Origin: Candidatus Latescibacterota bacterium
GTDB lineage: Bacteria; Latescibacterota; UBA2968; SICM01
Length of the DNA: 64,000 nt
Reading direction: 5' to 3'
Assembly (NCBI GenBank): GCA_965217865.1
Contig: CBDCJO010000002.1
Coordinates: 3,488,001 to 3,552,000 of the forward strand
Positions 51,767-61,930 of the stretch are shown here, in pieces (within the stretch, counting starts at the first letter, position 1; each line of letters begins with the position of its first letter). A program made the translations under genes and the position numbers. Below the pieces are notes generated by a model. The model did not search any database, was not told the DNA's origin, and saw nothing but the letters and a program-made list of their open reading frames with translations.

Positions 51767-52192
51767 ATGACGCCCGTGAAACTCCGCCCCGTCTTCGTAG
51801 ACGTATTGCCCGATTTTGACGCAATCAAAGCCGGTGAGCTCTGGATTAGCCACAAGTACCGGACTGTCAACCTGCGCTGCCCCTGCGGTTGCGGCGATCT
51901 GACAGTGCTGTCTCTCCACCCAAGCCGCTGGCACGTTCATTTCGATGGCAAGTCGGCCTCTCTGGACGGTCCTAGGGGTGGGTCCGTGTGGGCCAATTCC
52001 GGCTGCGGCAGCCACTACTTCATAAGGAACAACGCCGTCATTTGGGCGCGTAGAATCGATCCAGGCCGTCATTCGGAGTATGCCCAAGTCGAACGGACGC
52101 GGCTGATTGTGTCTCAACGGAGCCGTCTGGCTTGGCGCTCCTGGCTCAAAGGTGTTTTCCGCTGTCTGTCGCTAGGGAGTTGGCGTAAGTAG
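51767..52192 (+). CDS. DUF6527 family protein
   Basis: FVD..P, LWIS, CPCGCG, W, SV, CGSHYFI..N.V.W. Confidence 0.85.
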   Translation: MTPVKLRPVFVDVLPDFDAIKAGELWISHKYRTVNLRCPCGCGDLTVLSLHPSRWHVHFDGKSASLDGPRGGSVWANSGCGSHYFIRNNAVIWARRIDPGRHSEYAQVERTRLIVSQRSRLAWRSWLKGVFRCLSLGSWRK

Positions 52193-52276
52193 AGCGCCGC
52201 ATTTCTTCTGGGTTGACCAGACGCGTGACCCGCGAGTGTGTGCTTGATTGCGTTCTAATCGGTACGTACATTGGGG

Positions 52277-52578
52277 TGATATGACCCGGGAAAAGTGAAC
52301 AGTGGTTTAAGCCGCTTTCTGCAGCGATAGGCGTTCAAAAAGGGCCGGGGACACATAGTCCAGGTAAGCGTGCAGCCGCTGATTGTTGTAAAACATTTCG
52401 ATGTACTCGAAGAGTTCGCGCTCTGCATGATCGAGGTCGATCAAGTCGGCGTGATACAGCCATTCGGTCTTCAAGGTTTTGAAGAATGACTCGGAGACGG
52501 CATTGTCCCAGCAATCGGCCTTCTTGCTCATGCTTTGAACAAACTGATGCGCGTCGACGGCCTTTCGGAAGCCATCGC
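52277..52578 (-). mobile_element. right-end fragment of the 14821-16094 IS3 element
   Basis: near-identical to 14821-15122. Confidence 0.9.
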
Positions 52579-53014
52579 TACAGCCGATTGGCCGGAGGAC
52601 TTCGCGAATGGCACCGCTCGACAGATATCAATTGGCGGACGACAGGTTTCGGTTATATTTGAGAAGGTTGGTGACATCCCCTGATCTCAGGGCATCACTC
52701 TTGAGAAGTTCGGGCTAGTTACGCCCCACCCTCCGGGAGCAAATGGCGCAATTACTCCCAAGCGTCACGTCACCGGCTCCGGGTTCGCATTCGGAAGGCG
52801 ATGCGGAACGCGCTCACGATCGCAGACCCGTCGTCTCGCTCAATCGCCGCGACGGCTCCAAACGCTTGCGGCGACGGCCTTCCCGGCCAGTGTCGGTGTG
52901 TCGGGCGCAAATGCCCATCCGACTCCATTCGGAGTTATTTTAATCACACCCCCACGCAGCAAACTGCGGGTCTCGCCATGGAGAATAAGACTTCAAAAGA
53001 AGGAGACGGTAGCA

Positions 53015-53635
53015 ATGATCGACAGACGCGCCCTTACTGCATTGATGGTGGGATGGCTATTGCCGAGCGCCGTTCAGGCGGAGCCACGGCCCGGTGACCT
53101 CGCCGGCGTATATCCGTCGGCGGGGCCCGGCGACGACCGTACGTTCTACGCGATAGCGCGTGTGATCCCGGGAGCCAGTCCCTCGACGACGAGGTCCGGG
53201 GAATCGATTATTCAGGTCTTCGTCACCGGCAGGGACCGCTGTTCAACCCGCCTTGTCGAAGGGACCGCCAGTCACTACTTTGCGGTACCGCGGAAGGTGT
53301 CCACGCGTGTGCGACTCGACGCGCTCCACTCGGCACCGGGCCCCAATCACTTCATCCGCATTAACGGCCGGGAGTACGCGCTTTACCGGATTATGATCGG
53401 GGTACGGGAGGGCCGCCTGCGTCTTGAAGAGACAGTTCTGGTACGCACCGGCTTCTTACCAAAGATAATGCGCGGACGAATCGAGCTTCGGCTGGACTCG
53501 GTCTTGAAACCCGGCGACCTGGCGGACGAGATGATGGCCAAGGCGTTGGAAGAGATGACAAGGGCCGACACTATCGAGCGTGAAGGTTACGAGAAGGCGC
53601 TACAAAACTACCAAACGAGAAAAACGCGAGAGTGA
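53015..53635 (+). CDS. exported hypothetical protein
   Basis: SD AAGGAG; signal peptide MIDRRALTALMVGWLLPSAVQA. Confidence 0.6.
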   Translation: MIDRRALTALMVGWLLPSAVQAEPRPGDLAGVYPSAGPGDDRTFYAIARVIPGASPSTTRSGESIIQVFVTGRDRCSTRLVEGTASHYFAVPRKVSTRVRLDALHSAPGPNHFIRINGREYALYRIMIGVREGRLRLEETVLVRTGFLPKIMRGRIELRLDSVLKPGDLADEMMAKALEEMTRADTIEREGYEKALQNYQTRKTRE

Positions 53636-53786
53636 ATGGGAATGGATTGGCTTCACGACCGGCGATTGGGGCGATATCGAGAGCTCGCGTTAAGTGGGTT
53701 AAGGCCAATTCCACATGTCTCCAACAGATTGTCGGATTCGTGCCGGATCCGACTCGCATCGATGACAGGCTTGTAACCAATACACA

Positions 53787-53828
53787 TGTATACCTTTGAG
53801 GTACCTGTGTATACTTTTGAGGTACCTG
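53787..53828. repeat. 21-bp tandem direct repeat (x2)
   Basis: TGTATACCTTTGAGGTACCTG / TGTATACTTTTGAGGTACCTG. Confidence 0.8.
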
Positions 53829-54061
53829 GAATCGTTGCCGATCAAGACTGATAAGATAGGTCCATTTATTCTTCAGTCCCTCGGTGTTTATGTACCGGTC
53901 TGAACGTATGCTTTATCGGAAAATTTCTGCCACCTATCATAATTCTCGGCTCCTTCAGGTTACGCCGTTGGGGAACACTGATGTCCACGATAATGCAAGC
54001 CACGGCAACGAGTCCGAGATTTGAGGACTGAAGCCATCGCTCACAAGAAGGCAATGAAACC

Positions 54062-55204
54062 TTGAATCACACCTTATGGATCGCCTCGCTGTTCTCGTTG
54101 ATCCTGGCAGCGACAGGCTGTGACAAACCCCAGGAGCCGGATGCACAGGGAACGGTCAACATCGGTTTTCTGGGTGCGGGCGACCGAGTGACCTATCCCA
54201 ATGCTGCGGCGGTCGCCGTAGATGAGATCAACGAACGCGGTGGGTTGCTCGACAGACCGGTTGATCTGGTCGTGAGAGCTGAAATAGAGGAAGCGGCTGT
54301 CTCTGTTCAGGCGGCCGAATCGATGATTCGCACAGACGAAGTCATCGCGATCATTGGTCCCAATCGCTCCACACACGCTATCGAAGTCGGGGTAGTGGCA
54401 CAACGGCATGGCTTGCCGATGATTACCACGGCTGCGACCAATCCGGATGTGACAAGGGCCGGTGACTTCGTCTTCATGGCGTCGTTCACCGATCTGTTTC
54501 AAGGGCGTGTCATGGCGCAGTTTGCCAGGGAGGAACTCGACCTGAGCAGGGTAGCGACCCTGACCCGGAGAGGCGATGTTTATACGGATGGGATTTCCCG
54601 GTTCTTTGGATCCGAGTTCAGCAGGCGTGGCGGGGCGATCGTCGCCAATGAGTTTTACGACGGAGATGCGGCTGACTTCACCGGTCAATTGACCCGCATT
54701 GCCGGGATGAAGCCGGAGGCGATTTTCATATCCGGTTTTGCCAAAGAAGTCGCCCTAGCGACCCGGCAGGCGAGGGCAATTCCGGTGCAGAGCCTCACGG
54801 GAAGGCCTGCGCTCTTCCTCGGAGCGGATTCATGGGACAATCCGGATCTGTTGAGCGACGAAAGGGCTGAAATAGAAGGCAGCTTTTTCAGCAGCCACTT
54901 TTCGCCGGATACGGACGACCCGAGTGCACGCGCATTCATCGACAAATACCAGGCTCTGTACGGGGTCGCCCCCAGCGGTGGAGATGCGGTGAGCTACGAT
55001 GCGGTCAAGCTGCTTTTCGAAGCGGTGGAGCGCGCCGGCAGCCTGGATCCCGATGCCGTACGGAAGCAGTTGGCGGCAACCCGGAACTATGTTGGCGCAA
55101 CGCGTATTGCCCGTTACGATGACAACCGCCATCCAACAAAAAGCGCGGTGATAATGACCATCGAGAACGGGGCAAAGCGATTCCATAAGCAGATAGCACC
55201 GTAA
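54062..55204 (+). CDS. branched-chain amino-acid-type ABC substrate-binding lipoprotein (LivK/LivJ-like)
   Basis: lipobox ATGC, AVDEINERGGLL, AIIGP, ATNP.VT, DFTGQL, GADSW, SYDAV. Confidence 0.9.
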   Translation: MNHTLWIASLFSLILAATGCDKPQEPDAQGTVNIGFLGAGDRVTYPNAAAVAVDEINERGGLLDRPVDLVVRAEIEEAAVSVQAAESMIRTDEVIAIIGPNRSTHAIEVGVVAQRHGLPMITTAATNPDVTRAGDFVFMASFTDLFQGRVMAQFAREELDLSRVATLTRRGDVYTDGISRFFGSEFSRRGGAIVANEFYDGDAADFTGQLTRIAGMKPEAIFISGFAKEVALATRQARAIPVQSLTGRPALFLGADSWDNPDLLSDERAEIEGSFFSSHFSPDTDDPSARAFIDKYQALYGVAPSGGDAVSYDAVKLLFEAVERAGSLDPDAVRKQLAATRNYVGATRIARYDDNRHPTKSAVIMTIENGAKRFHKQIAP

Positions 55205-55233
55205 AGCCTGGGCAGAGCACGCGATTAGTTAGA

Positions 55234-55430
55234 CCCTATACGAGCTTGATTTCTTTGGTTTTAGCCTCAATTCGCAATTATTTTTCCTTTCGAATGGCCT
55301 GCGAACTCTGCCTGGGCGGCTCCCATGCTGTCTGGACACAGGGTCTAGCAAGGACTTTCAGCAACTCGGATTCGTGATTAATTTCGAATTGAGGTTAGTA
55401 GAAAACACTTGAAATGCCCCAGTTTTCAGG
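55234..55430 (+). mobile_element. IS1380-like left-end remnants
   Basis: CCCTATACGAGCTTGATTTC and TTAGTAGAAAA.A.TTGAAATGCCCCAGTTTTCAGG match 58137-58202. Confidence 0.55.
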
Positions 55431-56343
55431 ACCGGACCCATCGGGTCCGGTTTCCAGTGAATACGTCTGGAGGACGCTTCCTGCCACGACATTGAAAATG
55501 AGAACGAGGCAAAGTAACCAGTCCTTATGCGGGTGGCAAAGGAGTGCCATCAATTGTTCTCGCGTATGATGGTTGAAGCTGGGGCAACGAGTGATTGCGC
55601 AATATGCAGCACGACTATCATCCAGCCTTTCTCGTTCGCGGAGTCCGCGGTGCAACACTATGAAGTCTCCGAGGCAGATGCTGACGATGCACACGAGCGG
55701 ATCGAGACCGCCATCCGGTCCTCTGAATTAGAGATTGGCGGCTGGGGAGATGAGTCGCTGTGTGCATACCATAACGACCAAGCGGCGAAGAAGGATTAGG
55801 ATTGGAGTATGCTGAAAACGATAGGTGTCGCCTTTGCTCTTCCGGGCGTCTGTCTATCCAGATTGAATTTGGAGCGGCGACCAGTTCGAGCAGCCCATGT
55901 CTCAGGTGGCGGGGGAATCGGGTTGTTTGGTTCGGCTTTAGTGGATTCGATGGGGTCTGTCGTACTGGCCGCGGCGTGACGGGCTACGGGGTCGCGAGTG
56001 AGACATTGCTGGACGGCTTCACTGGGCTCGCACTTTCCACGGGTTCTGCATGCGAGTCTACAAAGACCGAGACTTCGCACGTATTGCGAGCAATGCGCCG
56101 CACTGCAGCCGAGATAGGTAGCACATTTCGGTTCGGATTGGGCCGTGGGACCAAAACACAAGATATCGACCGTGCAACTCACATTATCAAGAAATATTTC
56201 GAGGCCCGATCACTGGCATGTGGATGCCCCGACCCACCCGGCTGGCGTGAGCAATAGGCGCCACGGCCAGACTTCGACCCGATAACCGTCGGCCCAGGCG
56301 ATCCGGAACCGGATGTGGCAGGTCGATCCGGATAAGGGAGCTT

Positions 56344-56520
56344 TCAATAGGATTCGAGCGGATATTCGAGTTGGTCTTCATAGCCGACATGGATATCGGC
56401 TAAGCGTTGACCCGCTTGGGTAAAGCCCAGAAGTCCGGCGTATAAGGAAGGCGTGGAAACTCCCGCGCGGTATTCCGGGTGGTGGAGCAGACTGTAGGTA
56501 TAATGGAAAAATGGCCCACT
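56344..56520 (-). pseudogene. type ISP R-M enzyme C-terminal fragment
   Basis: FHYTYSLLHHPEYR...AGQRLADIHVGYEDQ.EYPL resembles the type ISP specificity region. Confidence 0.5.
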
Positions 56521-56734
56521 TGTCAATCGTATCGTCTCGGTAATGCGAGCGGAATTGATCCAGCACCCACAGTTGGGCTGCTCAAGAAACCTATGAAATT
56601 CCCAACCCGTCTTGGCAAGAACGGTCATAGAGCACTTCACACAGAGAAACAACAGAGGGTAATGAGGTCTGCCTCGCCCGAGGCGCTTTCGTCCGCAACC
56701 GTACAACCCCGACAATATCCCCGAGCATCTGTTG

Positions 56735-56925
56735 CCCCGTTTCGATGAACTGCGTCGCATGGACCTGCAGGTGAGCCGTGCCTGGGCGATCAAGGAGACG
56801 CTGCGCCAGCTGTGGAATTACCGACGTCAAGGATGGGCTCGTCGTTTCTTCCAACGCTGGTATTTCTGGGCGACCCACAGTCGTCTACCGCCCGTCATCG
56901 AGGTAGCGCGGACGCTGAAGCGAGA
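56735..56925 (+). pseudogene. ISL3 transposase fragment
   Basis: RAWAIKETLRQLWNY...WYFWATHSRL.PV..VARTLKR. Confidence 0.75.
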
Positions 56926-56982
56926 TATTGTCAAATGTTGTGGATGAGGGCGAGCGCCGCTGAGTAGGTTGTAAATCTTCAA

Positions 56983-58122
56983 TCAATTGATCTTCGGGTC
57001 AACCGGATAGTCGTGGAGGATCACGCCGCCCCCTTCCGTTACCCGGTAGACGTCCTCAAAGCGCACACCGCCAATCTCTGGAATCGCCAGTATCGTGTGA
57101 CCGATCGTCATTGTCATATCTGCCCGTATCTGCGTTTTTCGATGAGCCGGAATAATCGTCGACGCCGGATTTTCTTCGAAACGCAGGCCGATACCGTGAG
57201 AAACCCCGTTGATGTGATATTGCTCCAGGTCATGCCGAACACATACTTCTGCGCCTACAGCGTCCAGATCGGAGACCGTCACTCCCGGCTTCAGTATCTT
57301 CCACGTCGCTTCGCGAATCTCGTTGTAGGTATCGAGCAGCAGTTGTTCCTGCTCACCCGCATCACCCATGACAAATGTGCGAGCCAGATTTGCGCAGTAG
57401 CCTTCGAACAGCGGGGTCAAGTCTACGACGACGAGGTCCCCCGCCTCAATCGGTGTCCGGTCAACTTTCCCGTGAATCCAGGAGCTGCGAAGCCCCGAGT
57501 TTATATAGATCGGCGTGCTCGTTCCGTCAGCCCCCGCTTTCATCATGGTGTAGAGCGCTTCGGTTGCGATTTCATGACCGGTAGCCCCTGGTTTCAAGAG
57601 TTCCCGAACACGATCCATCCCGATTGCGGCAATGGCCTGCGCACGCTTCATCAGTTCGATCTCGTCCGGCTCTTTGACCATGCGTAGTTCGTCCATCACG
57701 GGATCAGAGGAAACCAGATCGACCTGAGGGTTGACCTTTCTAAACAGGTCGACAAGAAACGCGGGCGTGTGAAACCACAGTTGCATTCCAACCCGTGGCC
57801 TGCCGCTCGCCGGCAACTTAATTCCAGGCGGTGGGCCGCCATAGAGTTCACGAAACGTTTCTCTGACGTTAGAAATCTGCTCGCCCACATGACTAAATAC
57901 TTTGAACGATTCATCACCGAGTTCACGGCGTAAATCGGCTTCCTCGCCCGCAAATCCAACAAAGACCGGTGAACCGCTAGCCGGTATTATGGCGCGGGGC
58001 TGAGAGCGGACTTCGCTGAAGAAGTATCTGTAGTCATCGGGATTCATGATCATGATGCCAATCATTTTGTGTTGGGCCATCAGTTCTTGGGCCCGACGAA
58101 TTCGATCATGCCTCAATTGCAC
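56983..58122 (-). CDS. Xaa-Pro aminopeptidase family (M24B) protein
   Basis: creatinase-like N-domain, LRMVKEPDEI, IHG, VVD...GYCAN.ART, SHGIGL, GGVRFEDV. Confidence 0.88.
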   Translation of the reverse strand: MQLRHDRIRRAQELMAQHKMIGIMIMNPDDYRYFFSEVRSQPRAIIPASGSPVFVGFAGEEADLRRELGDESFKVFSHVGEQISNVRETFRELYGGPPPGIKLPASGRPRVGMQLWFHTPAFLVDLFRKVNPQVDLVSSDPVMDELRMVKEPDEIELMKRAQAIAAIGMDRVRELLKPGATGHEIATEALYTMMKAGADGTSTPIYINSGLRSSWIHGKVDRTPIEAGDLVVVDLTPLFEGYCANLARTFVMGDAGEQEQLLLDTYNEIREATWKILKPGVTVSDLDAVGAEVCVRHDLEQYHINGVSHGIGLRFEENPASTIIPAHRKTQIRADMTMTIGHTILAIPEIGGVRFEDVYRVTEGGGVILHDYPVDPKIN

Positions 58123-58136
58123 GCTAGCCCCCTAAT

Positions 58137-58640
58137 CCCTATACAAGCGTGAATTTTTCTTGGTTTTAGTAGAAAAAAGTTGAAATGCCCCAGTTTTCAG
58201 GCCTATAGTTGTAGTGTGAAAGACAAAAAGAGGCCATCAAAAAGGGGCATTTCAGATGAGAGAATATAGGAAGATTCTTCGGAATAGGGAAGCACGAATT
58301 GTCCGTCGTTTGCGTCGGAAGCAGTGGTGCAGTCAGGTCAAGCCTATGATGTCTGGGGGAAACATCCACTACGAGATGAGTGGGAAGGCCGAGGCGATCA
58401 CGTGTGGGGGGACCGGCGCGTTTCACCACCTGGTCCGCAGGGTTGGGCTGGTGAAAGAGATTGACCGTCATCTTCATCTTTTGAAAGTGCATTTGCCCTA
58501 TCACGAATCAGACCACGTTCTGAACATCGCCTGCAATGCGCTGGTTGGTGGTCAACGCCTTGAAGACATTGAGCTGCGCCGGCAGGATGCCACGTTCCTG
58601 AACGCTTTGGGCGCTCAGCGTCTCCCGGATCCCTTGCCAA
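58137..58640 (+). mobile_element. IS1380-family 5' fragment (left end plus transposase N-terminus from 58256)
   Basis: CCCTATACAAGCG end; LLKVHLPYHESDHVLNIA.N, LEDIELRR.D, QRLPDP. Confidence 0.8.
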
Positions 58641-58644
58641 CAAT

Positions 58645-58875
58645 CACGCCGAAGAGCGGGAGGAGATCAGACGCCTACGCCGCGAGAATAGGCAGTTGCG
58701 ACAGGAGCGGGAGATCCTTGCAAAAGCCGCGGCCTGGTTCGCTCGGGAGAAAAACTCGGTGTCAGGGGAATTTACGAGTTCGTGAAAGCCAATCAGGCCT
58801 TCTATAAAGTAGCCCCGGATGTGCCGGGTCCTGGAAGTCTCCACCAGTGGGTACTACGCGTGGCTCAAGCGGCCC
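58645..58875 (+). mobile_element. internal fragment related to the 12518-13787 IS3 element
   Basis: reverse complement of about 13328-13550 (orfA/orfB junction). Confidence 0.85.
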
Positions 58876-58909
58876 GTGTACGGGGAACTCCTCACCTTCG
58901 AGAGATTGA

Positions 58910-59752
58910 CTATTTGTGACAAGCGAGGCAGACCTTCGCCTTGCCGTAGAGGTCGTCAATATCGATCGGCTCCATATCAGGTCGAAGAGGGTTAGGCTGG
59001 TGCTTGGCTCGCATTCTCTCCAAACGGCGTTGGTGGTCCTCTCTGATCTGTGCCATCCTGTCAGGCTTGGAAAGGTCGTCGAGCGATTCCCCCTGACTCC
59101 AGGTGAAAGGAGAGCCGCCATCAACAGCGAGCTTCTCGTAAGCCTTGGCCTCCTCGAAGGCGTCTGGATGCTGCTCCATCAGTCGCACCCACTCGATTTT
59201 CTGCTGGAAAAAGCAAAAGGTGCATCCGCTACGAGTACGCCACTCGTAGTACCTCGGCAGACCCAGTCCGGAGCCTTCGAGGAGCTCCAAGACACCCGCT
59301 TTGTCGATACCGGCGTCCTTGAACGGGAGCTGTACTACCAGATTGTCCCGTTTGGAGGCATAGCCTTCGCGGTATTCTTCGTCAGCCCGGATTGCGACGT
59401 AGCTGTAGACGGTTGAGCCGCTATCGAGAATTGGCCTGACCCACTCCTCGAACGGCCTGAGCTTCAGCTGCCGCGTACACCAGCGTGCCTGCGGCGACGG
59501 CAGAAAATTGTTGTACTGCTTCAGCCAAAAATCAAAGTCGCGGTCAGGATTTAGCCTCACTATGGGCTTACCCAAAAACCCTTCGAGCTTGACCAAAAAC
59601 TCGTAGACCTCCGGCAGTTCCTTGCCGGTATCTGTAAAGAAGTAGTCAACTTCAAGCTCAGGATAGTTCTGCCGCATGTAAACAGCTAACGCCGCGCTAT
59701 CACGACCACCCGACAGGCCTAATACGTGCACTGTTCTAATAGTCTGATTCAC
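58910..59752 (-). CDS. sspD: Ssp-type ATP pyrophosphatase (PAPS reductase family)
   Basis: PP-loop SGGRDS, DTGKELPE, RWCT..LK, RSGCTFCFFQ, terminal CLACHK; Ssp gene context. Confidence 0.85.
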   Translation of the reverse strand: MNQTIRTVHVLGLSGGRDSAALAVYMRQNYPELEVDYFFTDTGKELPEVYEFLVKLEGFLGKPIVRLNPDRDFDFWLKQYNNFLPSPQARWCTRQLKLRPFEEWVRPILDSGSTVYSYVAIRADEEYREGYASKRDNLVVQLPFKDAGIDKAGVLELLEGSGLGLPRYYEWRTRSGCTFCFFQQKIEWVRLMEQHPDAFEEAKAYEKLAVDGGSPFTWSQGESLDDLSKPDRMAQIREDHQRRLERMRAKHQPNPLRPDMEPIDIDDLYGKAKVCLACHK

Positions 59753-59763
59753 GTGTCCGCCCG

Positions 59764-61320
59764 TTACCTTCTCGAAATCGGCTTCGTTTTCGTTGTGGCG
59801 CCAGAATCCAGATGCCGAGCACTCAACTCGGCTAGGGCGGCGAGGATAATTTCTCGTCGCTCTTGACCGTTATCTCGGAGTGTCGCGTCTAAGCGTTCAA
59901 TAAGTGCTCCCACTACAGGCTGATCCAAGTCAGTGATCTCAAATTCGTCGTGGACTAGCCTCGGCTGCTCGCCCATTCCAACAACCACTGCCATGGCATG
60001 CCTCTTGTCTGGTCGGCCCTTAACGCGAGCGAACGCTTCGGCGCGTAAGAACTGCTGAGCCAACTCGGCGAGCTCGACCGATGCACGGTCGAGGTCTAGA
60101 TCGACCCAATCCCGTGGAGGTTTATTGACCGCCAAACTTGCCAAACCTTCTATGTCTTCGTCCCGTCCTTCGAACTGCGCGAGATGAATGATGAAAGCCT
60201 CCAGGCGATGATCACCGCCAAGTTCGCGGATATTGGTTGAACGGGCGCGCAGCTCGGCTAGCATAGATGCGGAGGCGTTAGGCACTTGAAGTTCCGCAAG
60301 TAGCGTCTCCCGCATACGGTTGAGCATCGTAGGATATGCTTGGCGCAACTCAGTCAAGCCCTCGCGAACTTGGCTTGTAATGTGGCTTGTGTCTACTTCC
60401 TCAAGAGTGCCTGGACAGTTTTTTTGCACCTTGGGTATATCGTCAAAGATCAACCTATTGGGGTCGTTGGCCTGCTTGAACAGATGTCGAATGCGCTTGG
60501 CATTACTCGAAAGTTGCTGTGTCCGACTAACCCACGGCGGCAGGCGGTCGTAGATGGCCACCAGACCTTTGGCTACATCTATCGGCTCCAGGTTAGCGAG
60601 CGTATTCGCTTCGTCCAGCTCGCGCACGATATCGGCCATATCGGACAAGAGCCGGCGTGACATGTCGGAGAGATCCATCCAGCGTAACTGAACGTCCGCT
60701 GGGTCCTTTGCGAGATAGTCAATGTCCAAGTCGGATACGCGCGCTTGAAAAATGCCCAGACGGTATAAGGCCAGGGTCGTGCGCTGCGATAGGAAGAACG
60801 CTACGGCGAGCACCGGCAGAAGGCCGTCTTTTATCCCAAACGGGGTCCGACGCCAGATATCGTAAACCTCGGCAATCGCAACTGCACGGTGTGTGTTGGC
60901 CTTGAGTAAGTTCTTAGCTGCCTTCCATGTAGGTGCTAAATTGTTGGGATCACTGGCCTTGACGACAGGGTCAACAAACCGCCAACCGCTCGCAGTCTCT
61001 GAATAGAGCCCAGTTGCCTCTAGCAACGAAACAAAGAGCCCACCTTCTGCGGGAAACCCTTTGATTCCTAAGCGCGCCTTGCCTTCGTTGAGCACCATAC
61101 GCCGAAGAAGGACTTTTTGGGCAGCAACTGCGCTACTAGATGGCTTCGCACGACCCAATAGCTCATTGTGGAGTAGCGGCGCGCTTCCAAACCGAGCATC
61201 GGCAAGATCGGAGGCTAGGCTGTTGAGTTTTCCGTGTTGAAGGGACTTCGCACTAAGGTGTTTTCGGTACCAGAAAGCGCCGTTAAACGCTCGACCGAAC
61301 TCACCCTCTAGGTAAGCACG
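59764..61320 (-). pseudogene. sspC: Ssp ATPase, C-terminal half only
   Basis: NELL.R.KPSS, PAEGGL, PFGIKDGLLP, KP..DW.D.D; P-loop half deleted; lies between DUF4007 and PAPS-reductase genes. Confidence 0.75.
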
Positions 61321-61829
61321 AAGCACGCCACGTCGTTCTTGATCGTGGCAGTGGACGCGCGCGGCCATTCACGATCCTTCGCGAGTTTCTCCAGGCTCTT
61401 AACGAGCATGTCGCGCTCAAAAGAGGGTGCAGGGAAATAGCTAAATGCCCAAAACCATGTGGTCTTGCTTGGGTTGCCGCTTAGCTGCCAGTGAATTAGC
61501 CATGCGGTGGCCGGGTTTTCCATGTACGGGTCGAGGCCATCTGCAGCAAACAAACGCTGACCAAGTGATGTGGTTAGTGTCTGCCCCGATGCGTCCTTGA
61601 TGATACCCGCCACAGTTGCCCAATGCCGGATAGAGGCCACCATGTTCTTGCCGACCCCGAACCGCGCGATGGCATCGTCTGCCAAGAACACCGATCTACT
61701 GTTTCCGTCGCCCTCGGTTTCTCGGACGGCATCGAAGGCTTTCTTTAGCCACCCGTATCGGAGCGGAAACGTCTCATGCCCCGATAGCTGTGGTTGGTAG
61801 TTCTCTGTATAGAGGGGACCTCGAAGCAT
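61308..61829 (-). pseudogene. sspB: DUF4007 protein, 3'-truncated
   Basis: SGHETFPLRYGWLKK, FGVGKNMV.SIRHW, DPYMEN.AT.WL.HW; ends at TIKNDV.CF. Confidence 0.8.
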
Positions 61830-61930
61830 TTTTCTCGCTGCCTGGATAAAACGTCCAGGTTGACAATACGAACAATTTTCCGTATTGTCAATGGAAAACT
61901 GGTGGCAGGCTCCAGGCAACCGAGCTCTAC

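Noticed and set aside
55430-56257. ORFs 55527-55799 and 55802-56257 as a functional pair
   Set aside because: First appears 5'-truncated at an IS junction; second has no recognisable motif or coding signal
58910-61829. BREX type 4 (DUF4007 plus PAPS reductase)
   Set aside because: DUF4007 and PAPS reductase are separate genes, with no pglZ or brxL; order and cysteine desulfurase fit Ssp
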